A stretch of DNA of 61,969 nt, filler included, from Choristocarpus tenellus KU-1152 (lineage: Eukaryota; Protista; Phaeophyceae): the NCBI GenBank assembly GCA_964200185.2. It is 11 parts of 11 records of this genome, joined end to end, with 100 filler letters (N's around TTAATTAATTAA, not from the genome) between each part and the next. Parts side by side here need not be neighbours in the genome. Positions count along the whole stretch, not along the records: positions 36,825 to 42,731 come from CAXNAD020009452.1; positions 42,832 to 46,938 come from CAXNAD020016166.1; positions 47,039 to 61,969 come from CAXNAD020001094.1; 8 more parts are not named here. One strand, written 5' to 3'. How positions within the stretch are numbered: position 1 is the first letter of the stretch; every line of letters begins with the position of its first letter. Below, one piece after another: positions 41,063 through 53,900 of the stretch. The position numbers and the translations under genes are program-made. The notes beneath the pieces were generated by a model. It saw only the letters and a list, made by a program, of their open reading frames with translations, made no database searches and was not told the origin of the DNA.

Positions 41063-42588
41063 TATGGTTGTCACTAGGGCGAAGGTGTCGGCGGCCGGGG
41101 GGGGAGGAGATAAAAATGAAGCAGTTGAAGAGATGGAACCACCTGTGCCACTATCAACGTGGGTCTCGCTGGCTATGCTCCTGCTGGTGTACGTCAGCAA
41201 TCAGTGGTCTAGGAATCTTGTATACTGTGAGTAATCTATGTGTGGGAGTACTGTGCCGGAGGGATCCACTGCCAGTCTAGTCGGATAGCCCTGAGACTTG
41301 AATTTGCGATGCACGTACCCTTGCCATGCTCAAGGACCTTACACCCCTCCCTGTGCATTCAGCTCAAGAATTCGTATCCCATGTTCATGCCCTAAACCCA
41401 ACCGTCTTCTATTTAGACGTGCAGAACTTTGACGTGGCGTCCACATCCGCCACTGCCAAGGAGTTCATGAACATCGGTATCGGCTTCGATGAGACAGAGT
41501 ATGGTGAGTACTCGTCCTGGTCATTGCGTTGGTATTTCATACCCTCATTTTCGAACAACACCTGCAGCTTTCACAGTGGTCGGACTGCGTACGAAGATTG
41601 TGATAGGGAGTATGGATTGGACAGCACGTTATGGACATTTCTTGTAGACAAGGACCGATAGGGTGTCCTCACAACCTTACCATACCTTCCTGTGTGCTCA
41701 TGGGTTGATGCACATCACCTTCTCCTTTGTCCATCCATGTACAATATGAAAGACGAATCAAGTAGGTCATAGATGCAATAGATCACGGCCTATAGCATAT
41801 GGTAAATCATCTAGGACTCCTTTCAAATCCCTTTTTGCACGCAGGGTGATTTCATCCCCAAACACATACCAGCAACACCGACAGTGAACAGGCATTTGCT
41901 GAATGTAGCGCGTAAGTTGCCTTGACCGTTCCCTCCCTCTCCCCTCATATTGGGAATCTCTTCCTCTCGACCTCCCAAGGCCTCCTAGCATCGTTCAGCT
42001 TCACAATCCTGTTCAGCACGTTCAGCCTGCTTGCTGGACGCACAGTCGACGTGGTCAGCCGCAAGACCGCAACCACTGTCTCATGCCTAGTGTGGTCACT
42101 TATGACCGCTAGCACTGCCTTTGCCTCCAGTTTCCCAGAGGTCTTTGCGCTCAGGGTGGTTCAGGGGTCATCACAGGCATTTACTGTGAGAGTTGCCCTG
42201 CCCCCCCTCCACTCCGTTGCTACTCCTTCTCCCAAATATTGTGATTGGTTAACCATCCTTCCACGCCAAAATCCCAATCGACCAGACTCCTTCCTTACCT
42301 TGTGCTCTCACAGTACTGTGGCTTTCTGAACACACACACACACATACACACACACACACACATACACACACACACACACATACACACACACACATTCCGA
42401 CTTACCTCAAACCTTTGCCCCTCCCCTATCCCTGCTGTTTTGTACCCGTGTTCCATGAAAGACGCCAGCGGCATACACCCTTATCAGTGATCTCTTTCCT
42501 GCAGGGGCGAGGGGAACAGCCAACTCTATCTATGCAGGAGGGGTCTACCTTGGTGGTGCCCTGGCTAGTTTGTCTCTGCTGTTGAATG
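41063..42588 (+). CDS. Spinster-like MFS transporter, 5' part. Exons ~41063-41226, 41417-41503, 41980-42185 and 42462-42588; start uncertain.
   Basis: Phase-compatible splicing. Motif A-like AGRTVDVVSRK, plus LRVVQG and TPAAYTLISDLFPAGARGTANSIYAGGVYLGG. Confidence 0.9.
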
Positions 42589-43334
42589 GTAATGAGGTGA
42601 TTATTGTTTTGACGGTTGATTTAGTATAGTTTTTTTTTTTCCTTGTACATGTAAGAGAAGAAAGAGCAACGTAGAAATGGTTCTGTTATTTAAATCCTTT
42701 TGCATTTTTTCATTATGAGGCCAGCGGGGGGNNNNNNNNNNNNNNNNNNNNNNNNNNNNNNNNNNNNNNNNNNNNTTAATTAATTAANNNNNNNNNNNNN
42801 NNNNNNNNNNNNNNNNNNNNNNNNNNNNNNNTAGCGATGCCCTGTACAAAAAGTATGGTAATATTTGAACAAAAACATATCCAGACCCTGAAAAAGTGCC
42901 AAAACATTTCCAAAAAAAGGACATATCCCGGGCCCTTCCAAGTGCAAAAACAGTTGCAAAAAAAATCTTTCGGTACTTTTTCAAGACCGTTTTCACAGAA
43001 CAACCATCCTCATAGTCCTGCTCCATCCTCAATTTTTAAAATCAACTGTCATGTGTAGAATCCCAAAATCTTGATATGGAAATAAGTAGATTAATTCCTT
43101 TTCATTCATGTTGTAGGAGGTAGAAAGTTGGAGTGAGAAACACCCTTCAAGCAAGGGGGGCGATAAACCTTTCACTCATCCCTGATCATTAATAAATTGT
43201 CACTCAATCTGTGTTACTTTCTACAACATTCCTTTTCTAGGATTCTTCTTGTTGTACAATAATAACCCGGATAATATTGTTGTAGTCAGCTGACAAAGCC
43301 ATTGCTATCAATTATCCCGTTATCCAACAATAGC

Positions 43335-44431
43335 TCAACAACTCAATGTTTCTCCCACAGAATAATCTTTTACACGTGAAGAAAAAGCATATTCTTCGCA
43401 GTCCTCCTCCTGTCTCTTGATTCGCCTAAATTCCTTAGAATGGATGAAGCGGTCAAACAAGTTGTCCTCTAGAACAAGACGAACTGATTTGTATGCTTGC
43501 TCAAAGACCTTCCTGAAGACCAAGCACATGCATTCCAAATACCAGTGCTAGTAAAATTCAGTCGAGTGGGGAGAATGTGAGAAGAACACTTTTTCAACTC
43601 ATTATGACTAGTGTCGAGTACAGAACGATTTCCTAGCGTGCACGCTTTCTGCTTGGTTATTGAGAAGACTATCAACAGAACAACACTATTATTGGAGGGG
43701 TATATTGGATTGTCTTTGGATGAGAAATGAGAGGTGTTACAGCTCATCATTTGAGCATGCCACAGCACAATGCTTCACTGACACAAGATATATTCTAACA
43801 GCTGAAACCAACGAGATCAAGAACCCACATGTCTGGTGTTCAACCTTGTGGAGAAAGGGGCTTGGTGACTTACATTCGCTTTTCCTCAGGCATTCTTAGG
43901 AATAGCTCTAAATCCTCGTCAAGAACATCCACAATAGCTTTTTTTTCAATGAAGCTACATCAAATGAGACGGAGAGAACAAGGCAGGCAAGGGACAAATG
44001 TAAGGCAAAGCAATATACTTCACACTATATAAATATTTAGTGAGAGAGTTTGGGCACTATGCTTGCCTCTGCTGACTCCTTTCACTTGAACACATTATCA
44101 CAGACCTGAACAGTGTACACTACTCAGTAGTTGTTCTGAATGTACTGAGAGTGGACTACTTGACCTGCTTCGAAACATTTATAAGAAATTTGGCCATTTA
44201 CAAGTTCAATTGGAGGCTGCCATTACATTTGACTTGTGCTTGAAGAGGGCATACTATTTTCGTTAAAGGATACTCAAGGCAGAGCTTGGTGCAATCCGCC
44301 CTTACCTGATGTTTACCTCTTCAGGGGCACCATTTAGAATATATGTCCTAGCGATATAGGAAAAGGCCTCAAACTGGCTTGCACTTACACCTAAGGATGC
44401 GTTTACCACCAAGTAGTCCTCTTTCTCGTAT
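43335..44431 (-). CDS. RGS-domain protein, last three exons 44431-44306, 43954-43874 and 43512-43335
   Basis: Spliced IARTYILNGAPEEVNISFIEKK...VFEQAYKSVRLVLEDNLFDRFIHSKEF fits the RGS C-terminal helices. Upstream exons are unresolved (candidate ~45510-45590). Confidence 0.88.
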
Positions 44432-47400
44432 CTGGACAACAATGTATTTTGCAGTTTGGGAAGCATAGATATATGTGTCATAGAGCATATGGGAGAGGAA
44501 TGAGAAACATGATAATGCGGGAACTCTGTAATAGTAGCACTGACTTCAATGATACCAGCAAATTTCACACACAAAAGGAGTCAGTGAATATAGAGGAGAT
44601 GTGTGAATGACCAGGTGTAAGTGGATGGGGGATCGTGATGAGGGAGTACTAGCACAACAACTGCAGCAGTGCAAGAAAAGACAGAAGCCAAAAAGTAGCT
44701 CTGGAAGACTGAAGCCTTAAATTGGGCAGTGACACAAAATCAGATAACCTTCGAAGCAATTCTATTTCACAACCCATACACTGTGACACGCAACTACTTA
44801 TATTTGGGTGGAATCCTCCACGTTTTCCTCCAGTTTTTAACAAAATGCGTACATGCAAAATGCATCAGGAATGCATGCCTGTTGCCAGCATGCAATGTAA
44901 TACAGAGGTGGATGATAACATCGTACAAAAGGACAAAGCCACGCAATCACAAGGCAAGAAAGAAATCAAAATAATGCAGTGCAGTATCTCTGGAGTGATT
45001 TGCACAAATGGCTTAGTCACAAATGTACAGCTATATACTCTAAATCCTCCTAAAAGAGAGACTCTAGAAGGAAATGGTATTCGTGACCCAGCTCTTTAAG
45101 GTCTCAAACATCTCCTCACCTTCTCGCCCATACTGAAACTTCACTGAACAAATGTTCGTTTCTAGTGGCGCAAGAAGCACAAGCAACTTGTACTCCCTAT
45201 CTCACAGCAAACAAGTCTGAGGGTAACCTGAGTGACACTCAATCAATTGAGGAAGAAATTATCAAAGCTCCCTCATAAAATTCCAACAGAATGGAAGGTT
45301 ACTGTTGTTCTTCAGCGCACATAAGCGATTGCCCAATTGACTGCACACATAGTCTGGACGGACATTTGTCACCTCCTAGCAATGCTATAAAGAGAACTGC
45401 AGTAGCTATCACTGTCAGCAAACCATGTATCACTTCACACACCTTGCATTGATTTAAGAAAATAATTGTAGATGCAAGAGGCGGAAAAAATGATCTGACC
45501 CTGACCTACAAAGTGCGCAGAGCAAATGCCTCCACAACCATGCAAAATTCTTCAGAGTAGTTCCCTCCTGGGGAGTTGATCTTTCAGATATAAGCTAAAC
45601 CAGGCGGCAGTCTAGACCATACCTTACACAAACCTCAGCAGCCAGGGACTTCACCTTTCGAAGATGCTCAAAAACGGCCCCTGGTCTGGACTACATATTT
45701 ATCTAATCAGTTTGCTCCATACCAAACCTTTCACACAAGTGTTTGAAACCAGACCGTTGCCTGAACTAAACCTCCCACCAACCTGAGCAGTCCAAGACGT
45801 TTCAGAAACAAATAGATATTGAGTCGCCGTTCAGACCAGATCTTTCAAAAACCTCAGCAACCTAGGAACAGAGCGGATCTTCAAGACACATTTCACACCA
45901 GGTTGACCAGTAAAATACAATGCGACAACCCAGATTGACTTAGCCTTCACAAGTTTCTACCACAGACCAGATCAGACATACTGCAAGGTGGTCAAAATAT
46001 ATTGTAGGAATCAAAGCAAGAAAAGCGACAAGACCACGCACAGCCACAACACATGCATGAATGAACCTTCGAACGTGTGTCATGCAAAGTAGTCAGTACT
46101 AGTTCTAGTCAACGCAGTGTGAGTATAATATGTAGGATGTGGTAGTATGTACACAATGTTACATACATATATATTCGTGCCCCATCTGTTACAATCGAGC
46201 AGCAAACAGGTGGAAGTCGGGTTCAGGACTCAAACAATGCATGCCCAGACCAGTTATACTGCCTGGAACTAGTTTTTTGGAGTAGAGTAAGCACAAGGTT
46301 TAAACCAAACTCAATCCGGACCACCTCCCAGAAACCTGAGAGACTGGGGACTGAACCTTTCTCAAACATACGAAACCGAACCGTGGCCTGGACCGGATCT
46401 TCCACAATTATTTGCGGCCTATAGCGGGAACGTTAACCAGTACTGTCAACTAGACTGACATTCAGATCGGATATCTCATACTTACCCAGCTCATTGTAGA
46501 GACCTGGAAGTACTGGGGTTACATCAGCACAGTGTGTGAAGGGGTAGGTGCAATGAGCTACTACTGTAAGTGATACTGTATTGTATTTCAATACAAAAAT
46601 AGTAAAGGAGCTACAGGAATACACCTCTAGAGCAGTATTTGTTGTTGCAGATGCTACACCCTTTACAAGCTATCAGATTCAATACTCCCTTTTCCAAATT
46701 CATTTGTCTGAGCGGTGTCACTTGGTGTGTGAATAGTCCAATTATTGGAGCTAATTTCCAGAGACAAGAGTAGTGTTGTGGATCACAACTATTCAACCAG
46801 GTTGATTTGTTTAAGAGAAGAGCCAAACCATTTGAGAGGTAGACAGGTTAGCATTCTGAGCCATCACTCTTACCCTGTGCAACTATGGCTCAAAGTATCT
46901 GGGGGGGGGGGGTGGCGGCTGTCCAGATGGGAAGGGCGNNNNNNNNNNNNNNNNNNNNNNNNNNNNNNNNNNNNNNNNNNNNTTAATTAATTAANNNNNN
47001 NNNNNNNNNNNNNNNNNNNNNNNNNNNNNNNNNNNNNNCCCAAATGGACAGCTGCCACCCCCCCTCAGATACTTTGAGCCTTATTTTGTTGAATACAATC
47101 ATGATCTTTCCTCTTTTCCAGTTTATATCAGTGCAACGAGGTTGCTTGTAGCAGAATGACAGTCTAAGGAAGCTGTGATGGTTAATGTACACTGCACGAA
47201 AGCAGTACCTAAGATAGCCCAGCCAGGTCAACCAAATCCACCACCATCACTCCATGCTGAAAAAAAAATTCTTTGTGGGCTTGTTCTCTTGTCTTTGTTC
47301 ATTTCTTCTCTTCCCCTTACTACGTTGATTGATGGTGTTTTTCTTGTGCGGGTTCTATATATCCTTTCATTTCTTTTAGTTTATTTTCTTCTTTTTTATT

Positions 47401-47599
47401 TTTCTTCTACTGCTTTTCATTTTTTAATGCTCTATGTTGCTTTTTCTCAAGCACTCTATATTGTCCTCTTTGAACTACTTCTTCAATCACAGGTCTGGGA
47501 TCCGTCAAACTAAAGCGATGATATGATAACGACAATAATTGTTGCATATTTTATCTGATTGTGTGGTTTTGAGCGCGTGGCTACACGTTGCTGCTGCTT

Positions 47600-48300
47600 C
47601 AGACTTCACGTGATATCCTTCCTGCTGCCTTTTTTGACAGCCTCTCATGCACCCACATTCTTCACACAGGCGTTGCAAAGGAGGACAAGGAACTGCACAT
47701 TGCCTGGGTCCAGCCTGGTGGGTTTTAGGTTACAATAATCCTAGCTGTTAAAACATGTACTCCGAGTCTGCTCTGCTTGTGTAGTGGGAATGATCAAAAT
47801 GTAGCGTCCAAGTTTGTCCAGGCACGGAAATTTCGAGCCCCTTTTTCGCCACCACTTGAGTGGGTTGTTGTAAGCTCGACTATTCGTATCAATTTTCGAG
47901 AGCCCTCCTCGGTAACCTTGAAGGCACCAACTGTTACAGCGCGCCCCAGAACTCATCTCCACAGGATATGCAACTCAAACCCAATGACCTTAAAACGACG
48001 CTACGCGGGGGTACACAGATGATGACCACGTATGGTATCAGTTGATGCTTAGCTCAGTTAATGTCTCGCTTTTCGCTTTATCAAAAGAGGGTAGGGATCA
48101 AAGAACTGAGTCGTGTGGTCAACAAGTCAGCCTTTTATTAACGTCATTCACCGTTTTTCTACAGCCAAAGAGTTGAATGACGTCTGCAAACTGCTGTGAA
48201 AATACTCCAATCATAAATCTTTATTCTGCAACTTTCAGGAATTGACGTCTATTCTGTAAGGTTATGTATGCATTTCGAATCTCACTCTGCATCTTCTATC
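47600..48300 (-). mobile_element. hAT transposase remnant (dimerisation domain)
   Basis: NPLKWWRKRGSKFPCLDKLGRYILIIPTTQA followed by RLDPGNVQFLVLL in a shifted frame. Confidence 0.85.
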
Positions 48301-50997
48301 AATTCAAAGTCCCTCTTATATGAATTCTTATATATGTATGCTGTTCGCGCATTTTGACACGCAGAAAGAAATGCTCGCGCTATTCGCCTGTAACGCAACC
48401 TCTACATGAACTGCTTCCTCCATGTGTTCCCTCACTGTGTGTCTGTTCCAATATTCTACAACCACAACCAGAACTCCTCCCACACATTGCTAGGGAAGCT
48501 CTTACGAAACCCTTGTGTCTTTTGCGTGGGGGAGGTCCCCCCAGCTCAAGATGGACACTACGAGTATGTGGGCTTGGTTCCACCACTGGACTATTCTCTG
48601 CCTCCTGTGCTCTGCACTCCTGTGCTCTGCACTCCTCCTACACAACACATGCAAGTTCTAACTCCACCTGCCGCCTGCAAATATCTTCACGGTGATCATT
48701 CTCTGGAACCCCGTAAGAGTTTTGGTTGTGGGGCTCAGACAAGTAGTCAGGACCTGTTTCTACTTCTCAACCCTCTGGATTTCCTGTCCTCACCCTCAGA
48801 GTACTGGGCAATATTTTCCCCTATACCAAAGCAGTTCACAGAATCAGATACATTGCACTTGGACAACACTGCCATACAGCATTTTTCCTCTCCAGCCTTT
48901 TCCACCTACTCAGAGGTGGTGGTTTTGAAGGTGCTGAAGGCTTGCACTGCTTTGTCCAGCTCCACTCATATACCATAGATAGTGGGGAAAACTAGAGACG
49001 CTGCTAAACATTTGTCGCCCTCAAGAGTCTTCTTTGCTTCCATAATGAGCTCAAGTAACTATTTATTCTAGAACCATCACCTGAGTATAGCAAAAGAAGA
49101 AGTTTAAAAGAGGCGAGATAGGAGAAGGGGAAGGAAAATAAAACATCAGAGAGATATAAAAGAGAGAAGCAACTGAAATCGACAAATAATGATGTAACAT
49201 ATTTGGTGACCATGGTACAATTATAAACGTGGAGGAGGGAACAGATTGTGTGTGGTAGACGTCAATATATAATATCAAAGTCACTTATTTATTGCTTATA
49301 GTATTTGTTAACGGGTTTGACAGGTGGTAGATGACTTCTACACTTCGTTCTTCCTTGAAGTGCTCCCCTTTTTTTCTACATTCCTTTCCTGGTCCTTACC
49401 TCCCACTCAAATGTCGACTCGTGTTGACAATGAGTATCGTTGTTCTCATGAAGAATGATGGCAGTTTTCAGGCACCGGGAAAAGGTCACCATGAAATAAG
49501 AGGATCACCAATGATTTGGTATCATCCTACATCCCTTTTTTTGCTTAATCCTCTACATCCTGCACATCTTATCCAAACACATCTTATCCAAGGGTTAGGT
49601 TTACTTGTTCTGGCTGGACTTTGAATAGGCACCGACACCTGACTGAGCTGATTTTGTGGTGTCTTTTCTCCTTCCCCACTGAATGCTATACCAGCAGCCA
49701 CACACTCCAAAGTAGATCTATGCACAATGGTGGGTCGTGATACCATCTTCCTTCAGCAAGTTAACCAACTTAACCAGTGATTGATGACTGACTCAATGTC
49801 TGCCTTCAAGATCAATTTTCTGTCTTCATCTCACCCTTCACCTCCTTTGTCATCATCCTCCACACCCAGAAAAGCGTACACTAGTGTACATACCCATTCT
49901 CACTGTCTTCACAGTACGTAGGGACATTTATGGAGTGGTAGATACGTTTATGGTGTCACACCGACTATTCTAGGAACTAAAAAAAAATGTTGAATAATTT
50001 ATTTTTCTGTTTCAATTACAACGTACTATAATCGAATCGGACCGATTCAGATACGATCAACAACTGCTTATTTCTAGTTTTTTTTCGATTTCATCCTCTG
50101 TCCCCTCCTCATAAACTGTCTATCCTCACCTCACCTAAATTCTTCGCTTGCGTACATCACAATCCCAGAACTTTGATTGGAAAGCATTGACGTGTTGAAT
50201 ATACTTCCTATACATTTTTGTCCCTACTCCAAATTGACCACATACATCATCATCCTTCATTTTGGCCCTTGAATTTCTCGACAGTTAAAAATGAAAGAAT
50301 TGATGACGTGGAGGAGGATGACCTTACGGCAATTACCACTGACAGTACACCTATTATACTATATACCGTTAACTCTCTTCTAAAGGAATGCAATCTACTC
50401 TATCTATACTTATTTATTATTAACCTAAATCTGTATTTTTAGGGTGGTTTGCTTCACCGAATAGAAAACATTTACAAGAATAGCTCAAAATAAAAAATAA
50501 AGTTTGTGGAAGAGATTCCCGATTGTCTGAGTAGGTCACTACATTGCAGTGAAGTGTTGAAAGGTCAGATTTTATGGTCCGAGCCATTCGAGTCGAGGAG
50601 ACTCCTTCAGAAAGGATAGTAGCACGGACCTTTTTTTCCCCTTCAACAACCAGGACGGGCGACTGGGAGAAATTTACTCCCCCTATCTCGTGAGGGTTTG
50701 GTTGCTCTCCCTGCTGCAGTGTCCCTTGCCTTTCACACAAGTGACATTCATTCCGCATTGGTCTTGTAAGGAGAGAGTGAACTTGCAAGAGGTGGACATA
50801 CTGGACTGTGAGAGGTCGCTAAAACCGATGCTTCTTTCTGAGCATATTTAAACACAAGAGTTGATTTTGGAAAGATAACGTAGTGTCGTAGTCGACGCTG
50901 CTTCAGAGAGTGCTTCGCACTTCTCCCTTTTTAGGGTGAGCGAACAAGGGCTAATACTCAACCCTCAGAAAATATCTCAAGACATCTCCTTGTTCTT

Positions 50998-53900
50998 ATG
51001 TCACAAGACAGCACTCGCCCAATGCATGCTTACCCCTCTGGAGTGACAACGGCACCGGGGACATGGGCCACAGATGGTCGGATGCCTATGTACCTGATGA
51101 GGAATGATGGCCAGCCTAGCGCATCTCAGATTTCTCATCTCACACCTGTCGGTGGCCATCAGGCGCAGCACATGGTTCAGGCAAGTGCGCTGGGTGGCAT
51201 TGTTAGGGATAATTTGTGCATGCTCTAAATATTTCAGCTCTCGATGATGGAAGGTTTTGATCTCTTGTGTGTTGCCAACCCAAAATGCCGATACACTTGA
51301 CTTGCAGGGGCAAATGATGGCGCATTCCTACTACCCGCCAATGTATGGGCATCAGGTACAGATGAAGGGACAAGACCCGAGAAACGAGCACATACAGCAG
51401 GCAGAAGGGCAAGGACTGGGGCAGGTTGAGATGCAGGGCGAGGTGCAAGGGCAACAAGAGAGACAGAGTCGCCAAGGTCAGCCTCGTAGCCAACTACAAG
51501 TGGAGGAACGAATGCCACAGCAACATGATGGCGATAGCCCACAAGCTCAAATAATGGCGCAGGCCCAAGCTCAAGCTCAGGCCCAGGCCCAAGCTCAGGC
51601 CCAGGCCCAGGCCCAAGCTCAAGCCCAGGCCCAATCTCAAGCGCAGGCCCAAGCCCAAGCTCAAGCGCAGGCCCAAGCCCAAGCTCAAGCGCAGGCTTAC
51701 GCACAGGTTCAGGCCCAAGCTCAGGCCCAGGCTCATGCTCAGGTCCAAGCTCAAGCTCAGGCTCAGACACAAACTCAGGTCCAGGCCCAGGTTCAGTCTC
51801 AAGTGCAAGCTATACCAGGACAGCCCCAACCTCAGTCTCATGTGCAGGCTTCTCAAGCACAGGTCCAGCTCCAGCATGACCACTACCGCCACCACCAGCA
51901 ATTGCAGGTTCAACAGCAGCAAAAGCAGCAGCAGCAGCAACAACAGAAATATCGCACCCCCAGTGTAGGGTATCAGCACCCTTCACAGGGTTACCACCAG
52001 TTGCCACATCATCAAGGGGAGCAACAGCTGACCCTGAATGGACTCATGGAAGGAGATAGTACAACGACAAGGCATCGTAGGGCTAATGGGGTAGATAAAG
52101 CAACTGCTGGTGAAGACGACAACCCTCCCCTGGAGGCACTGCAGGAATATTACCACATGTCGCTGGAGAACGGTGAGCTGTGGATGTTGTGGTAGAGTTA
52201 GCCAGCGTGTGATACAGGCATGGCGTATAAGAGGTCAGTTTTTTGTTTAGTGCAATGGATGCAATGACTTTCAGCAACAATGGTGCTTCTTGAACCTTTT
52301 CTTATTTCTGACAGTGGTTTATCTTTATTTGTTGATAGTTTGGTGGCTGTGATTGTATTGGGAGCAGTGGATACATACACTCTATTATAGATTTATATAT
52401 ATCTCGTTTTTGCTTAATGATAAGGGTGAATTAGTTACAATGACATTTTGTTGACTTGTGCTAAAAAGTGATTTGGGTACGTTGTGTTTGGTTTAGTGTC
52501 TGCTATCGTTCTTGAAATTGTATGTAAGGGAGCATTGGGGGACTCGATCTCCTGCTGTGGGTGCTGCATATTCTATCTTGTTCATTATGATTGGAGTCTT
52601 TGGCATAACGTAATTGATCACTAATGTTGTTTCAGGGTAATGGATGGGATAAGGGAAATACTTAAAACATGCACTAAACCCTGCAACCTTAGCTTGAAGC
52701 ATGTGTATCATTCCAACATTAAGGGGTAGAGGACATTTGTTACCTAATCCAGCATATGTACAGAAGGTGTTTGACAGTCTATTAATATCAAAATGCAGTA
52801 ATATGTACTCCTGTGCAACCCTCACTAACAAGTCCAATTTCCCCTGTCCCTAACCCTAACCCTTGGAACCTAGTGAAGACCTGTTGTGGGGCATTGTTGG
52901 CTTGGTTGCTTGCACATGCTTTCTGAGACCAGAGTCGAACCATTTGCCTGTCCTGAAGGCTTGACCTGTGTTTTTTTTTTTTTTTTTTTTGATGTTCCCA
53001 TTGTATTGTTGCTACAACTAGATGGTTGAGATACATCATTTCCCTCTGGTAATTATTGAAGAGAAAGTTGTCATGTCTTGTAACCATCACTTTTGAAATT
53101 CCGCGTACTTGTGAAGGCTGGTTTGGGATGAGGAGATGCAACCTGTGATCATAACTCAGAGAAGGTATGCTTGGGGCTGCGCTTAGTATGAATCATCTTG
53201 CGCTCGGCTCGGCTTCTAGACCTTGCATCTCCAGAATGCATGTACATAAAACAGGGGATAGGTGTAATAGATTATTTATGTGTGCTAGTAGTTACCCCAG
53301 TCAGGTTTAACCCTTGTACAATATGATGTGATACCCTTGTAAATTTGGAAGCTAAGTCCTTTCATTTGACCACACCCCTTGTCTGCTCTTTTCCACGCCC
53401 CAAATCCCCTGCACCTGATCAAAAATCACCCTTAATTTGTGTAAATCAAGCGGCCAAGGCACTGAGTATTTCCTTGAACAAACTGAAGCGGGCATGCCGC
53501 CAGTACGGTATACCCAGGTGGCCTTACAGGCAGGTTAGAAGCATCCGTAATACCATCAGTAGCCTTGAGAGGGCATTGGAGAAGAGTGAAAGCGGAGCTG
53601 AGACTGCCAGCGTAAAGGAACGCCTGAACTCGCTTATCAAGAAGGAGCGACTGGTGTGCAAATTTGCCAGCTGTGGTGAGAGCAAGAGTCTTATTTCCCT
53701 AATGCTATCTAACTTTACTGAAGTGATTTTTCCCCATCCGCCTGACAAGATTTTTTGTTTGTTTTATTTTGTGAAGTGATTATTGAATGGAGAGGCAGAG
53801 CACCCTATTGCTGGGGTTGAAAATCACACTTTAACCGTAAAATTATAAAGTCGTACTGTATCGTTTAGTTGGCTTCCAGCACACTAGCGCGACTGAAAGA

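Larger units (their letters stand above)
3271..47038. other. Ten artificial 100-bp contig linkers (N44-TTAATTAATTAA-N44) at 3271, 10437, 16192, 19777, 22871, 28971, 33253, 36725, 42732 and 46939
   Basis: Identical spacer with stops in all six frames. Many flanking contig ends lie in G/C homopolymers or MITEs. Confidence 0.97.

Noticed and set aside
3271-47038. Recurring TTAATTAATTAA motif, and the apparent gene neighbourhood as a system
   Set aside because: The motif is an artificial linker, so genes on different contigs cannot be treated as linked.
46887-47080. One MITE spanning the linker
   Set aside because: Both sides carry the same end of family A in opposite orientation, so they are two copies.
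48354-50800. ORFs 48406-48978 and 50420-50788
   Set aside because: No domain signal, splice support or ATG context.
51234-51979. Minus-strand ELGPG- and LSLG-repeat ORFs
   Set aside because: They are antisense shadows of the QA tract.
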